DNA from: Nemertoderma westbladi
Taxonomy: Eukaryota > Animalia > Xenacoelomorpha
Direction: 5' to 3'
Length of the DNA: 64,000 nt
Assembly: GCA_032718475.1 (NCBI GenBank)
Contig: JAUCBJ010002979.1
Location: 1-64,000 of the forward strand
Positions 26,093-38,726 of the stretch are shown in pieces. Position numbers and translations under genes: made by a program. Each line of letters opens with the position of its first letter. The stretch's first letter is position 1. Under the pieces are notes generated by a model. It searched no databases and was not told the origin of the DNA. It worked only from the letters and a program-made list of their open reading frames with translations.

Positions 26093-26433
26093 GCACTCGC
26101 CGGTCAGCCCGCAACGCAACAGTTCGCGACCAGCCATCTAACTCCCCAATTAATCTGCATTATCTACTCTGTTGTCTTTTAGCAGAAGTTTCACGAATGT
26201 TAATTATAGGAAGGGGGGGGGGGGGATATAGGGGTCTTAACCTCGAATGGTAAGTTTATTTTACCGAAAATAACTTATCTTTTATTGGCGCAATTGTAGG
26301 ACTAATCCCATCACATGCGTACTTTTTAACCGGGTAGTGTACAAATTTAGGAATTGCATAATTTTTCTTAAAATTAATATCTCATATCTCTCCAAACCAC
26401 GTACGCGTTTCAACCTTACTGGGTCTCATCAGC

Positions 26434-26501
26434 GTGGTGTCGGATTCGAACCTGGGACCTCGAGGTGGAAGCCGAGACTCCAACCACTAGGCCACAGGTT
26501 C
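26434..26501 (-). mobile_element. tRNA-derived (SINE-head-like) sequence
   Basis: Minus strand has A-box TGGCCTAGTGG and B-box GGTTCGAATCC; stems imperfect. Confidence 0.6.
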
Positions 26502-27042
26502 TTGAGATATGGAGTATTAATTTCAAAGCCAGTTGCCATTTTATTAGCCCCTGATTTTTATTATTGATAGTAACAAGGTCATGCCAAGACCTTGTTATCA
26601 GTGAATGTTAATGGCTGACCACAACGTTTCCTCTCGTCTGCCGACTACCATAAAACTGATCACTCATAGACTGATCGATTCTACAATCGCAGCAACCGAC
26701 AAATCGTATCCATAGTTCCTGCAAGGTGTTACTAGGTTTTGCATTTCTCGGTAACTGTCGACATTTTACAAAGCCTCGTTTATTAAGTTAGCTTTGTATT
26801 TTATGTCATGAACAACGTGCCGCATCCTGGTGTATGTGTACCATCAATGGGTCTGGTGACTTCTTCCCTAAATTGATAATTTAACATTGAGACGAGATAT
26901 GGGATGGGGCCCCCCACCCATTCCCGTCTCAAATATACATATGCTCTACTGAACGTACCTGGAATGTTACAGATTGGTCTTATCCGGATGACACACAATA
27001 TCTGGTCTAATACTCTGTAACTGATGAAATTTTTCTGTACAG

Positions 27043-27193
27043 GTTCAACAGACTAGTGATTATGGTACTTCCGGTTATTCAACCATCGATATTGAGTCGC
27101 AAGATCTGGTGCAAGTGAGGCCGAAGAGCAGAACTCTTAGAATGGTTGAAGACAAACTTTTGGAATATAACGAGGACAGTTTACTAGATGGAG
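27043..27193 (+). CDS. CCDC83: CCDC83-like, exon f
   Basis: tgtacag|GTT CAA CAG...GAT GGA G|gtaaaa; open frame, phase 0 in (matches exon e), phase 1 out. Confidence 0.78.
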
Positions 27194-27348
27194 GTAAAAT
27201 ATTTGTTGATTATTTACATCTATTGATTGATTGATTGATAAATTTAAACTACTGTACAATAACATCCACGGTTGTGATTTAATTGTTTTGAATATTTTGA
27301 ATATTTTTTACTGCGGCCGCCATCAACAGGAATTTTTGTGTGTTTCAG

Positions 27349-27611
27349 ATGATTTCAGCAGCAGGGATGAGGACCTTTCTCGGGTTGCTATAGGAACTAA
27401 AGGAGATGGTGTATCTGAAGAGAGTCTATCTCTCAGACAACCTGACTCAGCTATCACTTACCATCCAGGCCATCCGAAACTTAGTTCCCGTTCACAAGGA
27501 ATACTGAGTACTTTGGCGTCGGACGACCCCCTATATAAACGGGCCGTAGAAATATTCGAACGCGGGTCTCTCTTAGACAATTATTTCGTATTCGAGGACG
27601 ATGATTTCGAT
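27349..27611 (+). CDS. CCDC83: CCDC83-like, exon g
   Basis: tttcag|AT GAT TTC...TTC GAT|gtaagt; phase 1 in, phase 0 out; open frame DDFSSRDEDLSR...FEDDDFD. Confidence 0.8.
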
Positions 27612-27637
27612 GTAAGTATAAGTATTGTATATGTGGA

Positions 27638-30160
27638 GTAAGTAAGACTATGTCTTTGGTGTAAGTAAGACTATATCTTTGGTGTAAGTAAGACTAAATC
27701 TTTGGTGTAAGTAAGACTATATCTTTGGTGTAAGTAAGACTATATCTTTGGTGTAAGTAAGACTATATCTTTGGTGTAAGTAAGACCATCTTTGGTGTAA
27801 GTAAGACTAAATCTTTGGTGTAAGTAAGACTAAATCTTTGGTGTAAGTAAGACTATATCTTTGGTGTAAGTAAGACTATATCTTTGGTGTAAGTAAGACT
27901 ATATCTTTGGTGTAAGTAAGACCATCTTTGGTGTAAGTAAGACTAAATCTTTGGTGTAAGTAAGACTAAATCTTTGGTGTAAGTAAGACTATATCTTTGG
28001 TGTAAGTAAGACCATCTTTGGTGTAAGTAAGACTAAATCTTTGGTGTAAGTAAGACTAAATCTTTGGTGTAAGTAAGACTATATCTTTGGTGTAAGTAAG
28101 ACTATATCTTTGGTGTAAGTAAGACTATATCTTTGGTATAAGTAAGACCATATTTGGTATAAGTAAGACCATCTTTGGTGTAAGTAAAACTATATCTTTG
28201 GTATAAGTAAGACCATCTTTGGTATAAGTAAGACCATCTTTGGTGTAAGTAAGACTATATCTTTGGTGTAAGTAATACCATCTTTGGTGTAAGTAAGACT
28301 ATATCTTTGGTATAAGTAAGACCATCTTTGGTATAAGTAAGACCATCTTTGGTGTAAGTAAGACTATATCTTTGGTATAAGTAAGACCATCTTTGGTATA
28401 AGTAAGACCATCTTTGGTGTAAGTAAGACTATATCTTTGGTGTAAGTAAGACTATATCTTTGGTGTAAGTAAGACTATATCTTTGGTATAAGTAAGACCA
28501 TATTTGGTATAAGTAAGACCATCTTTGGTGTAAGTAAGACTATATCTTTGGTATAAGTAAGACTATATCTTTGGTGTAAGTAAGACTAAATCTTTGGTGT
28601 AAGTAAGACTAAATCTTTGGTGTAAGTAAGACTATATCTTTGGTATAAGTAAGACCATCTTTGGTGTAAGTAAGACTATATCTTTGGTATAAGTAAGACC
28701 ATCTTTGGTATAAGTAAGACCATCTTTGGTGTAAGTAAGACTATATCTTTGGTGTAAGTAAGACTAAATCTTTGGTGTAAGTAAGACTAAATCTTTGGTG
28801 TAAGTAAGACTAAATCTTTGGTGTAAGTAAGACCATCTTTGGTGTAAGTAAGACTAAATCTTTGGTGTAAGTAAGACTATGTCTTTGGTGTAAGTAAGAC
28901 TAAATCTTTGGTGTAAGTAAGACTAAATCTTTGGTGTAAGTAAGACTAAATCTTTGGTGTAAGTAAGACTATGTCTTTGGTGTAAGTAAGACTAAATCTT
29001 TGGTGTAAGTAAGACTAAATCTTTGGTGTAAGTAAGACTAAATCTTTGGTGTAAGTAAGACTAAATCTTTGGTGTAAGTAAGACCATCTTTGGTGTAAGT
29101 AAGACTAAATCTTTGGTGTAAGTAAGACTATGTCTTTGATGTAAGTAAGACTAAATCTTTGGTGTAAGTAAGACTAAATCTTTGGTGTAAGTAAGACTAT
29201 GTCTTTGGTGTAAGTAAGACTAAATCTTTGGTGTAAGTAAGACTAAATCTTTGGTGTAAGTAAGACTAAATCTTTGGTGTAAGTAAGACCATCTTTGGTA
29301 TAAGTAAGACCATCTTTGGTGTAAGTAAGACTAAATCTTTGGTGTAAGTAAGACTATATCTTTGGTGTAAGTAAGACCATCTTTGGTGTAAGTAAGACTA
29401 AATCTTTGGTGTAAGTAAGACTAAATCTTTGGTGTAAGTAAGACTATATCTTTGGTGTAAGTAAGACTATATCTTTGGTGTAAGTAAGACTATATCTTTG
29501 GTATAAGTAAGACCATATTTGGTATAAGTAAGACCATCTTTGGTGTAAGTAAAACTATATCTTTGGTATAAGTAAGACCATCTTTGGTATAAGTAAGACC
29601 ATCTTTGGTGTAAGTAAGACTATATCTTTGGTGTAAGTAATACCATCTTTGGTGTAAGTAAGACTATATCTTTGGTATAAGTAAGACCATCTTTGGTATA
29701 AGTAAGACCATCTTTGGTGTAAGTAAGACTATATCTTTGGTATAAGTAAGACCATCTTTGGTATAAGTAAGACTATATCTTTGGTGTAAGTAAGACTATA
29801 TCTTTGGTGTAAGTAAGACTATATCTTTGGTATAAGTAAGACCATATTTGGTATAAGTAAGACCATCTTTGGTATAAGTAAGACCATCTTTGGTATAAGT
29901 AAGACTATATCTTTGGTGTAAGTAAGACTAAATCTTTGGTGTAAGTAAGACTAAATCTTTGGTGTAAGTAAGACTATATCTTTGGTATAAGTAAGACCAT
30001 CTTTGGTGTAAGTAAGACTAAATCTTTGGTGTAAGTAAGACTAAATCTTTGGTGTAAGTAAGACTAAATCTTTGGTGTAAGTAAGACTAAATCTTTGGTG
30101 TAAGTAAGACTATATCTTTGGTGTAAGTAAGACTATATCTTTGGTGTAAGTAAGACTATA
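27638..30160 (+). repeat. 23/21-bp minisatellite, about 112 copies, filling nearly all of the last CCDC83 intron
   Basis: Unit GTAAGTAAGACTATATCTTTGGT (variants GACTAAAT, GACCAT, and ATAAGT for GTAAGT). Rare variants recur about 1365 bp apart. Confidence 0.97.
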
Positions 30161-30232
30161 ATCTATGCTGTCTATGATATCTATGAATAGTACCAAGTTG
30201 TGTTTTTAACTAACTCAAATTTAATATCACAG

Positions 30233-30406
30233 GAATACCTAAAACTCGCACCGGTGGAACTCAAATTGCTCAGCGTTGAGGGAACGACAATGCCAATCCA
30301 CGGCCGACCTAGATTGACCTCACTCGAGTTCGATGCTCAAAAACACAACCCTCCCACCTACCCCGTTACCCAACCTATGCTACATAACCTTATGAACTCG
30401 TGCTGA
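30233..30406 (+). CDS. CCDC83: CCDC83-like, terminal exon h
   Basis: cacag|GAA TAC...TGC TGA; EYLKLAPVELKLLSVEGTTMPIH resembles the CCDC83 C-terminal motif [23 protein letters not shown]. Confidence 0.88.
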   Translation, partial: EYLKLAPVELKLLSVEGTTMPIHGRPRLTSLEFDAQKHNPPTYPVTQPMLHNLMNSC

Positions 30407-30669
30407 CAACCTGCATTTTTAACAGTATTTTTGTTGCTTATACCACAATATTTCGTTTCCTCATCAACCAACATTTAATTATAATTTGCAATGTATATGA
30501 TTATATAATAATTGTAACTTTGATTCGAAATTTTGATACGAAAATACAATATGAAACACAAACATTAATTATTTGTATTAGGCCTCTACAATACGAAAAG
30601 GTCAACTACTATATACTCTGATTGGCTACTACTAACTGTCGGCCTACCTACCAGCATTGCAACTGATTT

Positions 30670-30905
30670 ATATGTGTCTTTTAAGAGTCGTCTCAAGAAA
30701 CTATGGTCTGTCCACGTTGCTTATTATCTCCATGGGGTTGTCAATACTCAAGATTGTGCACAGGCTGGTCCTCGCGTCCAAAGCAATGTCCCCCGAAGCG
30801 GAGGCGGCTCTGTTTAAGTCACAAGAAGCTTGTGGGAAATAATGAGACACATACACTGCTATACAGGGTCTGTTCGGAGGGTGTGTGGTGGAGTTATATT
30901 TAACC
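30670..30905 (-). mobile_element. Decayed RTE-clade LINE fragment
   Basis: Minus-strand translation ...QSRLRFGGHCFGREDQPVHNLEY*QPHG matches the element at 53181-54075 (RLRFAGHCFRREDQPVHNLVLWQPHG), with stops and frameshifts. Confidence 0.8.
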
Positions 30906-31783
30906 AAATGAACGCGAAAATAGAAATCCTACGAAATGCAAATATTTAATGAATATTTAAAATAAAAAAAATTAATATTTAATATTTAATTTAATTTCGT
31001 ATCGCATCCTGCCAGAGGTCCCTTTGCATATGGGTACTGGACGTATGGATCCTGCGATTCCTGAACTAAGGCTCAACGAACGTATTGAACTTGTCCAACA
31101 GAGAAGCGCAAACTACGGTATTATTGTCGGAGAAGAAGTCAAGTTTTCTTAATTTATAATCTAAATAGGTAAAAAACAATGATGTATCAAGTTAATATTT
31201 CAATCATTGAATGTGAAATAGTAAATAATAACACTTATTTAATTTATTTGTTTATTCCCACACCGTGTTAGCGGATTATAACGAACCTGCCTATTAATAG
31301 GCCAGCGTAGTTCTTGTCAAGAGTTGAGCCGTTCAAAAACACGATGTGGTTATGTGTGTGTGTATATGTGTATAACCATCCAATATCTCAAAAACTCAAG
31401 CAGGTACGCAAAAATTTTAATAACAAACTCTCCATAAATTTTGGTTGCGCACAAGACTGTATATTTTTTGTGGCGTTTCGATCACGGGGTCACTGAAAAA
31501 TAGCGGTTTTGAAAATTTAAAGTTGAATTTCACCGATTTCAACTCGTCGAGTAGGCACCAACTCTTTTATTTGAGATATTCAGTCATCTGAGCAACATAT
31601 TTGAGCCTCAGAATCTTTTCAAATATCGCCAATCTCGCACAGAACGTCGCCAAAATTTGTTAGTAGGGGAAAAAAACCCACAAATTCGTCTAAAAGAGTA
31701 AATTATTTAGTTGCGCAATAATATGATTCAACTAGAAAAGCCAGCCAGCTGGCTGTAAGGAGACCGTCCATATAGACAAACGT

Positions 31784-33956
31784 TATGGCATACTTTTAGT
31801 ATTTTTATTCGACATTTTATTTCCCCTTGATATTCTTCTGAATTTAGTCGCGAGATAAATGATTAAACTCGCGAGAAAATTATCAAACTCGCGAGAAAAT
31901 TATTATTCTCACGAGAAAATCATTAAACTCGCGAGAAAAATGATTAAACTCGCGAACAAATAATTAATCTCGCGAGGTAAATGATTAAACTCGCGAGAAA
32001 ATAATTAAACTCGCGAGAAAATAATTAATCTCGCGAGATAAATGATTAAACTCGCGAGAAAATGATTAAACTCGCGAGATAAATGATTAAACTCGCGAGA
32101 AAATAATTAATCTCGCGAGATAAATGATTAAACTCGCGAGAAAATAATTAAACTCTCGAGAATATAATTAATCTCGCGAGATAAATGATTAAACTCGCGA
32201 GATAAATGATTAAACTCGCGAGAAAATTATCAAACTCGCGAGAAAATTATTATTCTCACGAGAAAATCATTAAACTCGCGAGGAGAAAATGATTAAACTC
32301 GCGAACAAATAATTAATCTCGCGAGGTAAATGATTAAACTCGCGAGAAAAATACACATCTCACGAAAAAAGTCGCGATTGGCTGTTAATTGGGACAGTAG
32401 GAAACGGCCATCCAATAGCAGCAGAGGAAATACCCTTACACGTGCAATAGGGATATATATAATAGATATTAAATAGGCCTTCTTTCTATATCATTCATTT
32501 CAGCATACCGTAACATTATCTCTGCCTCCTGTCTGTATTAAGGGGCATCGTGTCGAGTTTAGGGAAGCATGTTTGTTTATACAAGCCAGAGTTGCAATAT
32601 TGTATTTGTACTTTGGTACAATAGCCATTTGGGCTGCCTGGCGCGCGGCGCTGCGCGGTGCGGCGGTCCCTATTCTGGACTGAATTTTTGTTTAGCAGTA
32701 GTCAGATGCATGATTTCTACTTAATGTGATTCTTTTAAATTCAATAAAAATTAATAATTCAACAAACCATTAAATTGATGCACTATATTAAGTGGTGATA
32801 CAGTTTATTATTAGCGCCCATGGGCCCATGTGAAGAATACCAGGATTTCACTTTTCGGACGACCTTTTATTGGAATTTTATATAAAGATTGTTATTTTTT
32901 TTTATTTATCTTTATTAAATGTTTTATAGCGTTTATTTCTGTCTTATAACCTGTACATACATATACTATTTCGTTTATTGTTTTGGTTAAATTCAGCCCT
33001 TCTGTAACCTGTGTTTTTGGTTAAAACCTGGTATTCTTCACATGGGGGTAACTGCAAAGTGAAATATAGCGGCAGAAAGTCTGGTATTCTTCATATGGGC
33101 CATTATTAGTATTATGCTGTTGATACGTTGGCTGAATTGGGCCAAATAAAAGTCGCCTCTAAAAGTCGCGTTACGGCTAATTGTCGCGTTACAGCTAAAT
33201 TTTTGAGAGATTAGCCATAACGCGACTTTCAAAGTCGCGGTACGGCTACTCAAAATGTTGCGTTATGGCTAATCTATTGTCTTGGTTTTATAAAGGGAAT
33301 CATTATCAATATTATTCTATGGTGTTTACGTACATATGAGGTCCGAAAAATGTAATGTAATAATGTTTTACAGCGTGGGAGTATCTGGGGGGGGGGGGGG
33401 GGATTAATCATTTATCTCGCGAGATTATTTAATTTCTCGCGAGTTTAATCATTTATCTCGCGAGATTAATTAATTTCTCGCGAGTTTAATCATTTATCTC
33501 ACGAGATTCTTTAATTTCTCGCGAGTTTAATCATTTATCTCGCGAGATTAATTAATTTCTCGCGAGTTTAATAATTTATCTCGCGAGATTAATTATTTTC
33601 TCGCGAGTTTAATCATTTATCTCGCGAGTTTAATCTTTTATCTTGCGAGATTAATTATTTTCTCGCGAGTTTAATTATTTTCTCGCGAGATTAATTATTT
33701 TCTCGCGAGTTTAATCATTTATCTCGCGAAATTAATTATTTTTTCACGAGTTTAATCATTTATCTCGCGAGATTTATAATTGTCTCGCGAGTTTAATCAT
33801 TTTTCTCGCGATTTTAATGATTTTCTCGTGAGAATAATAATTTTCTCGCGAGTTTGATAATTTTCTCGCGAGTTTAATCATTTATCTCGCGACTAAATTC
33901 AGAAGAATATCAAGGGGAATTAAAATGTTGAATGAAAATACTAAAAGTATGCCATA
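31784..33956. mobile_element. Foldback-type non-autonomous DNA transposon
   Basis: TIR TATGGCATACTTTTAGTATTTT...GAATTTAGTCGCGAG followed by about 500 bp of approximately 20-bp CTCGCGAG subrepeats, mirrored at 33403-33956. 6-bp TSD AAACGT at 31778-31783 and 33957-33962. Confidence 0.9.
32822..33101. mobile_element. MITE-like element nested inside the foldback element
   Basis: GGCCCATGTGAAGAATACCAGG, inverted at 33028-33048 and 33081-33101; the same motif occurs at 56201-56222. Confidence 0.55.
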
Positions 33957-34348
33957 AAACGTAGTGTTAGTTGGGACCCTCCTCATTCATTATCATCAAC
34001 TCCCTCCCACCTAACATAGCAGTGAGTAACCTTATTGATTGTTGTCATAGGATTCACTGGGAAGAGCTATTCATCTGGTGGGGTAATACATTATACAGTA
34101 CACGTTCGTGGGGCCTTCGCGCAGCACGAGGCCCAGTTATGAGATACAAATTAAAATTGAGCGACTGTATCACAAAATCAGGTTTTGAGAAATTTACCCA
34201 CACCACCAATCAATCAAAGAAAGGGGGACAGTACGTGTTCACCCCTTTTAATCCCCCCCCCCCCCCCCCACCCTTCCCAACCACCAATACATAACCGCGA
34301 CATCTACCACCCACGGAAGGGTAGCACGAACTTATTTCCAATCGCACG

Positions 34349-34642
34349 TTCAATATGCAAAGCCAGGTGGTTTATAGGAATATAATAAACGCAGTACTCG
34401 TATTCATTATAAGCCTCGTTGCGTTCGTCCTGTTTTGTATTTAAATATATTTCTTAAACGCAGGCTAGGACGTTCTTTATAATAATAATAACTAGGGATG
34501 CGATCAATATGTGAAGCCAGGTGGTTTATATAATAATTTAGTCAACGCAGTACTCGTCTTCATTATATGCCTCGTTGCGCTCGTCGCTTGTCCTGTTTTG
34601 TTATAAAATATTTTTCCTAAACGCAGACTGACGATCTTTATA
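34349..34642. repeat. Diverged tandem duplication of about 155 bp, 2 copies
   Basis: TCAATATG..AAGCCAGGTGGTTTATA...AACGCAGTACTCGT...GCCTCGTTGCG...TAAACGCAG occurs near 34349 and 34504. Confidence 0.8.
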
Positions 34643-35519
34643 CAGTTATAACTATGCGAAGTTTCGAAACTGTGCGAGTAACTGTTGATACATCTATGTG
34701 GATATGTGTGATATGTGGAGATGTGTGATACAACGCCAACGCATCTTATGCCGATGTAGTAATATGGGTATTGAAATAATATTAAATTAATGTACACTCT
34801 TAAAGCTGCAGCGAAAAAATGTAGCTAATTTCCTAGGTTACATATAAAATAATAATATTATTTTTAAGAACATTAATTTTACTACTTTGCAAAAATTCAA
34901 TTAAAAAATAACCAGACATATACATTGTGGAATAAACTATTTCAGAAGCCTACACAACAGCCATGCCATGGATAGTATTTATGTTATGATATCTGTCATT
35001 CACCTGAGATAGCAATACAACATTTATAGTGAATTTAAAGAATGCTGTCTGGGCTGGAATAGCAATGCTGGTTGTCTATTACTATTCCTCTCTGGTTAGT
35101 CTTAGCAACAACTCCCAGCCAGCAGCAGAGACTTGACCAATAATCATTCCCAGCAACTGGGAATGACACACACATCCCATCTATGTACCAGCATGTTGGC
35201 CAATAAATGAGCAGTATTTAATGAGAATAAGTTTTTTTTGCCGTTTTAATTACTTTAGATCAATTAAAGACACAATTATTAAAGCAAATCACTTGAACTA
35301 ATTAAAAACTATAATAGAATGGCGTATGGGGATTACATCTGTATAATTTTTAATTATAATTATTTAAATCTTATACTGTAAAACAATTAATTTCCTTTAA
35401 AAGGCAGGTTGAAAATGGTGTTTTTACCGTAATAACTTAATTAACTAATTAACTGCTATTATCTTAGCTTCTCGAAGGCCACACTGAAATTCTACTTGGA
35501 AAATTTCTAAACTTTTGCC

Positions 35520-35690
35520 AAACAACATGTGTACCAAGTTTGGATAGATTTCATCAAAGATTGGCCGAGTTATTAACGTTTAAAATTGAACACGACAGAA
35601 CGACAGAACGACAGAACGACAGAACGACAGGTTGATTAATGGTACCACTACGCTAAGGCTCACTCACTTCGTGGCTCGCCCCACAAACTT
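35520..35690 (+). mobile_element. Possible HINE/DINE-like (Helentron-associated) element end
   Basis: Short (ACGACAGA)n microsatellite at about 35592-35630 followed by a GC-rich imperfect hairpin-like segment. Architecture only. Confidence 0.3.
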
Positions 35691-36629
35691 ACAGTTGATG
35701 TTTGATTACTGTCTGGGTTAGAGTGAGATAGTAATAAATTTGGCAAGTAATAGGAGTACCAGCAGCTGGTGTTTATATCGTTGAGTTGATGGCAATTATC
35801 GTGTTTTCATTTTCGCTCACTCATGGTACTGGTTTGAGGGGCAGGTTCGTTTAAAGCCAGCTTGCTGGCTTTCTAGTTATCCTTAGTAAATGCGATTCTG
35901 CTACTAATTTTCCCGATCCACCCACCCACAATATATAAAGTGACCTAATTGCCCCAAGTTAACTTTTAAATCTTCCCGCCGAATACTGTCTGCATGTGAT
36001 CTGATTGGTTAATAATAATAATGTCTGACACGAAGGATTTGAAATCCTCATTACATTCTGCTCAAGAAGAAACATAACAAATTTCTTAAATTTTGACCCG
36101 TGGGTATCCCCCCCCCCCCCCCCAAAAAAAAAAAAATATATATATTCAGGCCATTAAGTTAATTTAGTTAAATATTATTCGTTAGTCAGTTAGTAGTAAT
36201 GTTTTTAAGATACTCATAATATTAATAAATATAATTAATTAAGTAACAGAAATGAATATAAACAATACATTTAAGGTTGTTATAAAATAATTTATAAAGA
36301 TAGTAAATCTAGTCCATGAGCTTCAATTTATAAAAATTACATACATTTTTTCACTTTAACTATCAATTAAACATCAGTTACTTGCTTTACTGTACATGTA
36401 AATATATGGGTATTTTAAATCCATAATATAGTTTATCTAATAAATATTCGAATCTACTATACCGTTTACTATAACTATAACATTACATAAAAAAATATAT
36501 TGCATTAAGGATAGGGTATTGGGAGACAGTGGAAATAATATATTTTAAGATTATTTATCACTCTTTTAGATTAAATTAATTATGTTTCTGTAGTTTCTGT
36601 AGTTTAGTTTCAGTACCGGTTCATGATAT

Positions 36630-36815
36630 TCAATCTTTTACCGCTTTACTTTTACCAGATCCGATAAATTGGTTGAGTAGTTTCATTGCTATAGTCGGTT
36701 TCTCCGCTCGCGAGGAATTAAAGACCATGTGTCTCTGGGCGGTTGTCGTGGTAACGGATGGGTGCGGGGTAGAAGGTCGAGACTTCAACGGGTCGCGGAA
36801 TGTTCGATTTTTCGT
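36630..36815 (-). CDS. Uncharacterised WH2-like-repeat protein, probable terminal exon 7
   Basis: tttatag|ACG AAA AAT...GAT TGA; phase 0 matches exon 6. Another frame is also open for a stretch, so this exon is less certain. Confidence 0.55.
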   Translation of the reverse strand, partial: TKNRTFRDPLKSRPSTPHPSVTTTTAQRHMVFNSSRAEKPTIAMKLLNQFIGSGKSKAVKD

Positions 36816-37567
36816 CTATAAATAAATTAAATTGTAAAGTTAATTAGCTAAGGGAATAAAAGTATGCCGACACATATGCCGACTGTTTTACAGTATACTT
36901 AGAAACCATTCCTACTTGAAATAGAGCTACCAAATACAACACTAATAACAGTAGTCCTATTCCTTTTATAAGGAGGAAGGAGGTTGTTATTATGTCGAAA
37001 TTAAATACCGGGACATTTTTCCGCTGACGCCATGATGTAAATTTTCCGAGCGGATTTAATTATACATTAAAGGGGTTATATAGGCCTACAGTATAAGGGA
37101 AATAAAAGGTTTTCCGTCTCCGTTTGTTGCATTTTCACTTCCCCTAACACTCTGTAAACTATAGCACCGGTAGGCATATTACCTATTGCGGTTTCAGCCT
37201 ATTTTAACATATTAACTTAACTTCGCGAATATTTAATTTTGATATTCATCATTTAAGGTACCTTTTAAAGGAAGGTAGCAGGTTATAATGGCAGGCTTTT
37301 CTAACCAAAACAATAAACTAAATTTAGGAACACAGTTTACCGTAACATTTTTACTTCTAGGCACTAATTTTTCAATATTAATTTAACATTAACCCTATGA
37401 AAAGGCTGAAACGACACCCCAATTTGCTTTTTGCCACTGGTGGTGGTAGAGGATAGCCAAAGGCATACAACTGCAAATAGTATTTGAACAATACAATTTG
37501 TGCATATTAATACAAAATGCATGCCATAATTATGAATAATTTATTATTGGTGTTTTGGGTGAATGAG

Positions 37568-37826
37568 TGGTTTCATATTATTATAACTTTATGTTGGGCA
37601 CAGCTTTTGCAAAGTCGGCAATGACGTCCAGGTGGGATCAACCTGGTGACCTCCGGGTTGGAAGTCTGACGCTCTAACCATTCAGCTACCGGCTCAGGTA
37701 AAAGATAGACCTGAAAATACTATCTGATACCTTGTATGTCCGCAATTTACTGGATTTGTTTCTGGACGTCATTGCTGTCTTTGCAAAAGCTGTGCCCAAC
37801 ATAAAGTTCTAATAATTATGAAAGCA
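37568..37826 (-). mobile_element. tRNA-like head enclosed by about 60-bp inverted repeats
   Basis: IR CTTTATGTTGGGCACAGCTTTTGCAAAG..GCAATGACGTCCAG / CTGGACGTCATTGC..CTTTGCAAAAGCTGTGCCCAACATAAAG. Minus-strand GTAGCTGAATGG (A-box) and GGTTGATCC (degenerate B-box) lie within 37627-37695. Confidence 0.65.
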
Positions 37827-38726
37827 TATATGTTTTTTTATTTATTCAAATTCCAATATAATAAGGAGTTGGGGTGTGAGGGTTACGGGTAGATTACATT
37901 AGCATATAATCAGCATTTGTAACGCGAAATTAAATACCCACAGCTACACTTTGTCAGCTGAACAACATTTCACTACTTATTGTCAATTGGAGTTACACAT
38001 TAGTTATATCGTTAATTATTGTTCTATCTCTATTCAGTCAGTTAGTGTAACAAACAGTACATCATTTATATATCGTATGTATCTACAGTATAGGGCCTAT
38101 TGTCATCGTTATAAGACTGTCATCAACTCAGGCTCTAAGCTCAATTATAATGTAAATGCTTAGTAGGTTTTGTATATCTGGGACGTTTACAACAGCTGTC
38201 GATTAAACTAACAAAACCAGAAAACTGAACCAGGGTGCCAACCGGGTACCAACAGTTGTTATAGGTAGACTTAATGGAACATTTCACAAACTTTCATAGG
38301 AGGCTTCACCCTTGTACGTACATGTACATTATATTGGTTGCTCCGATGTTTTTATTAGGCTAACTGATAATGTATTAGGTATAAATAATTCGTGTCCTTT
38401 ATTTTATTTATCTAATACAGAAAGACCCCTCCGCAGAACAATCTGCTCTTTTGGGCCGTTTTTCCCAGATTGCGGATATTTCATACATCGCAATAATTGT
38501 GATTATTTTTTGTTTGCCTAGGCAAGTCATTCTTGGTTTGCATCTTCCAATCCCATCTGTTTGTTGGAGTCTGTGTAAGACAGGTTCGTTTCAAGCCATC
38601 TTGATGGCGTTTTAGTCAAATATTAAAAATATAATAACGAGTTAGAACAAATTTATAGTACAACATAACTGGAGTTGGAAACTAAACCTATTATAATTAA
38701 GATCAATGATAATACTCTTTACTTAC

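Noticed and set aside
37627-37695. Functional tRNA-Gly(TCC) gene
   Set aside because: Anticodon and acceptor stems pair poorly and the T-loop is defective; treated as a tRNA-derived repeat, like the other tRNA-like segments.
38400-38575. Alternative terminal exon TPTNRWDWKMQ... for the minus-strand gene
   Set aside because: Phase-compatible, but it runs into a dispersed repeat also present at about 57930-58000; insufficient support.
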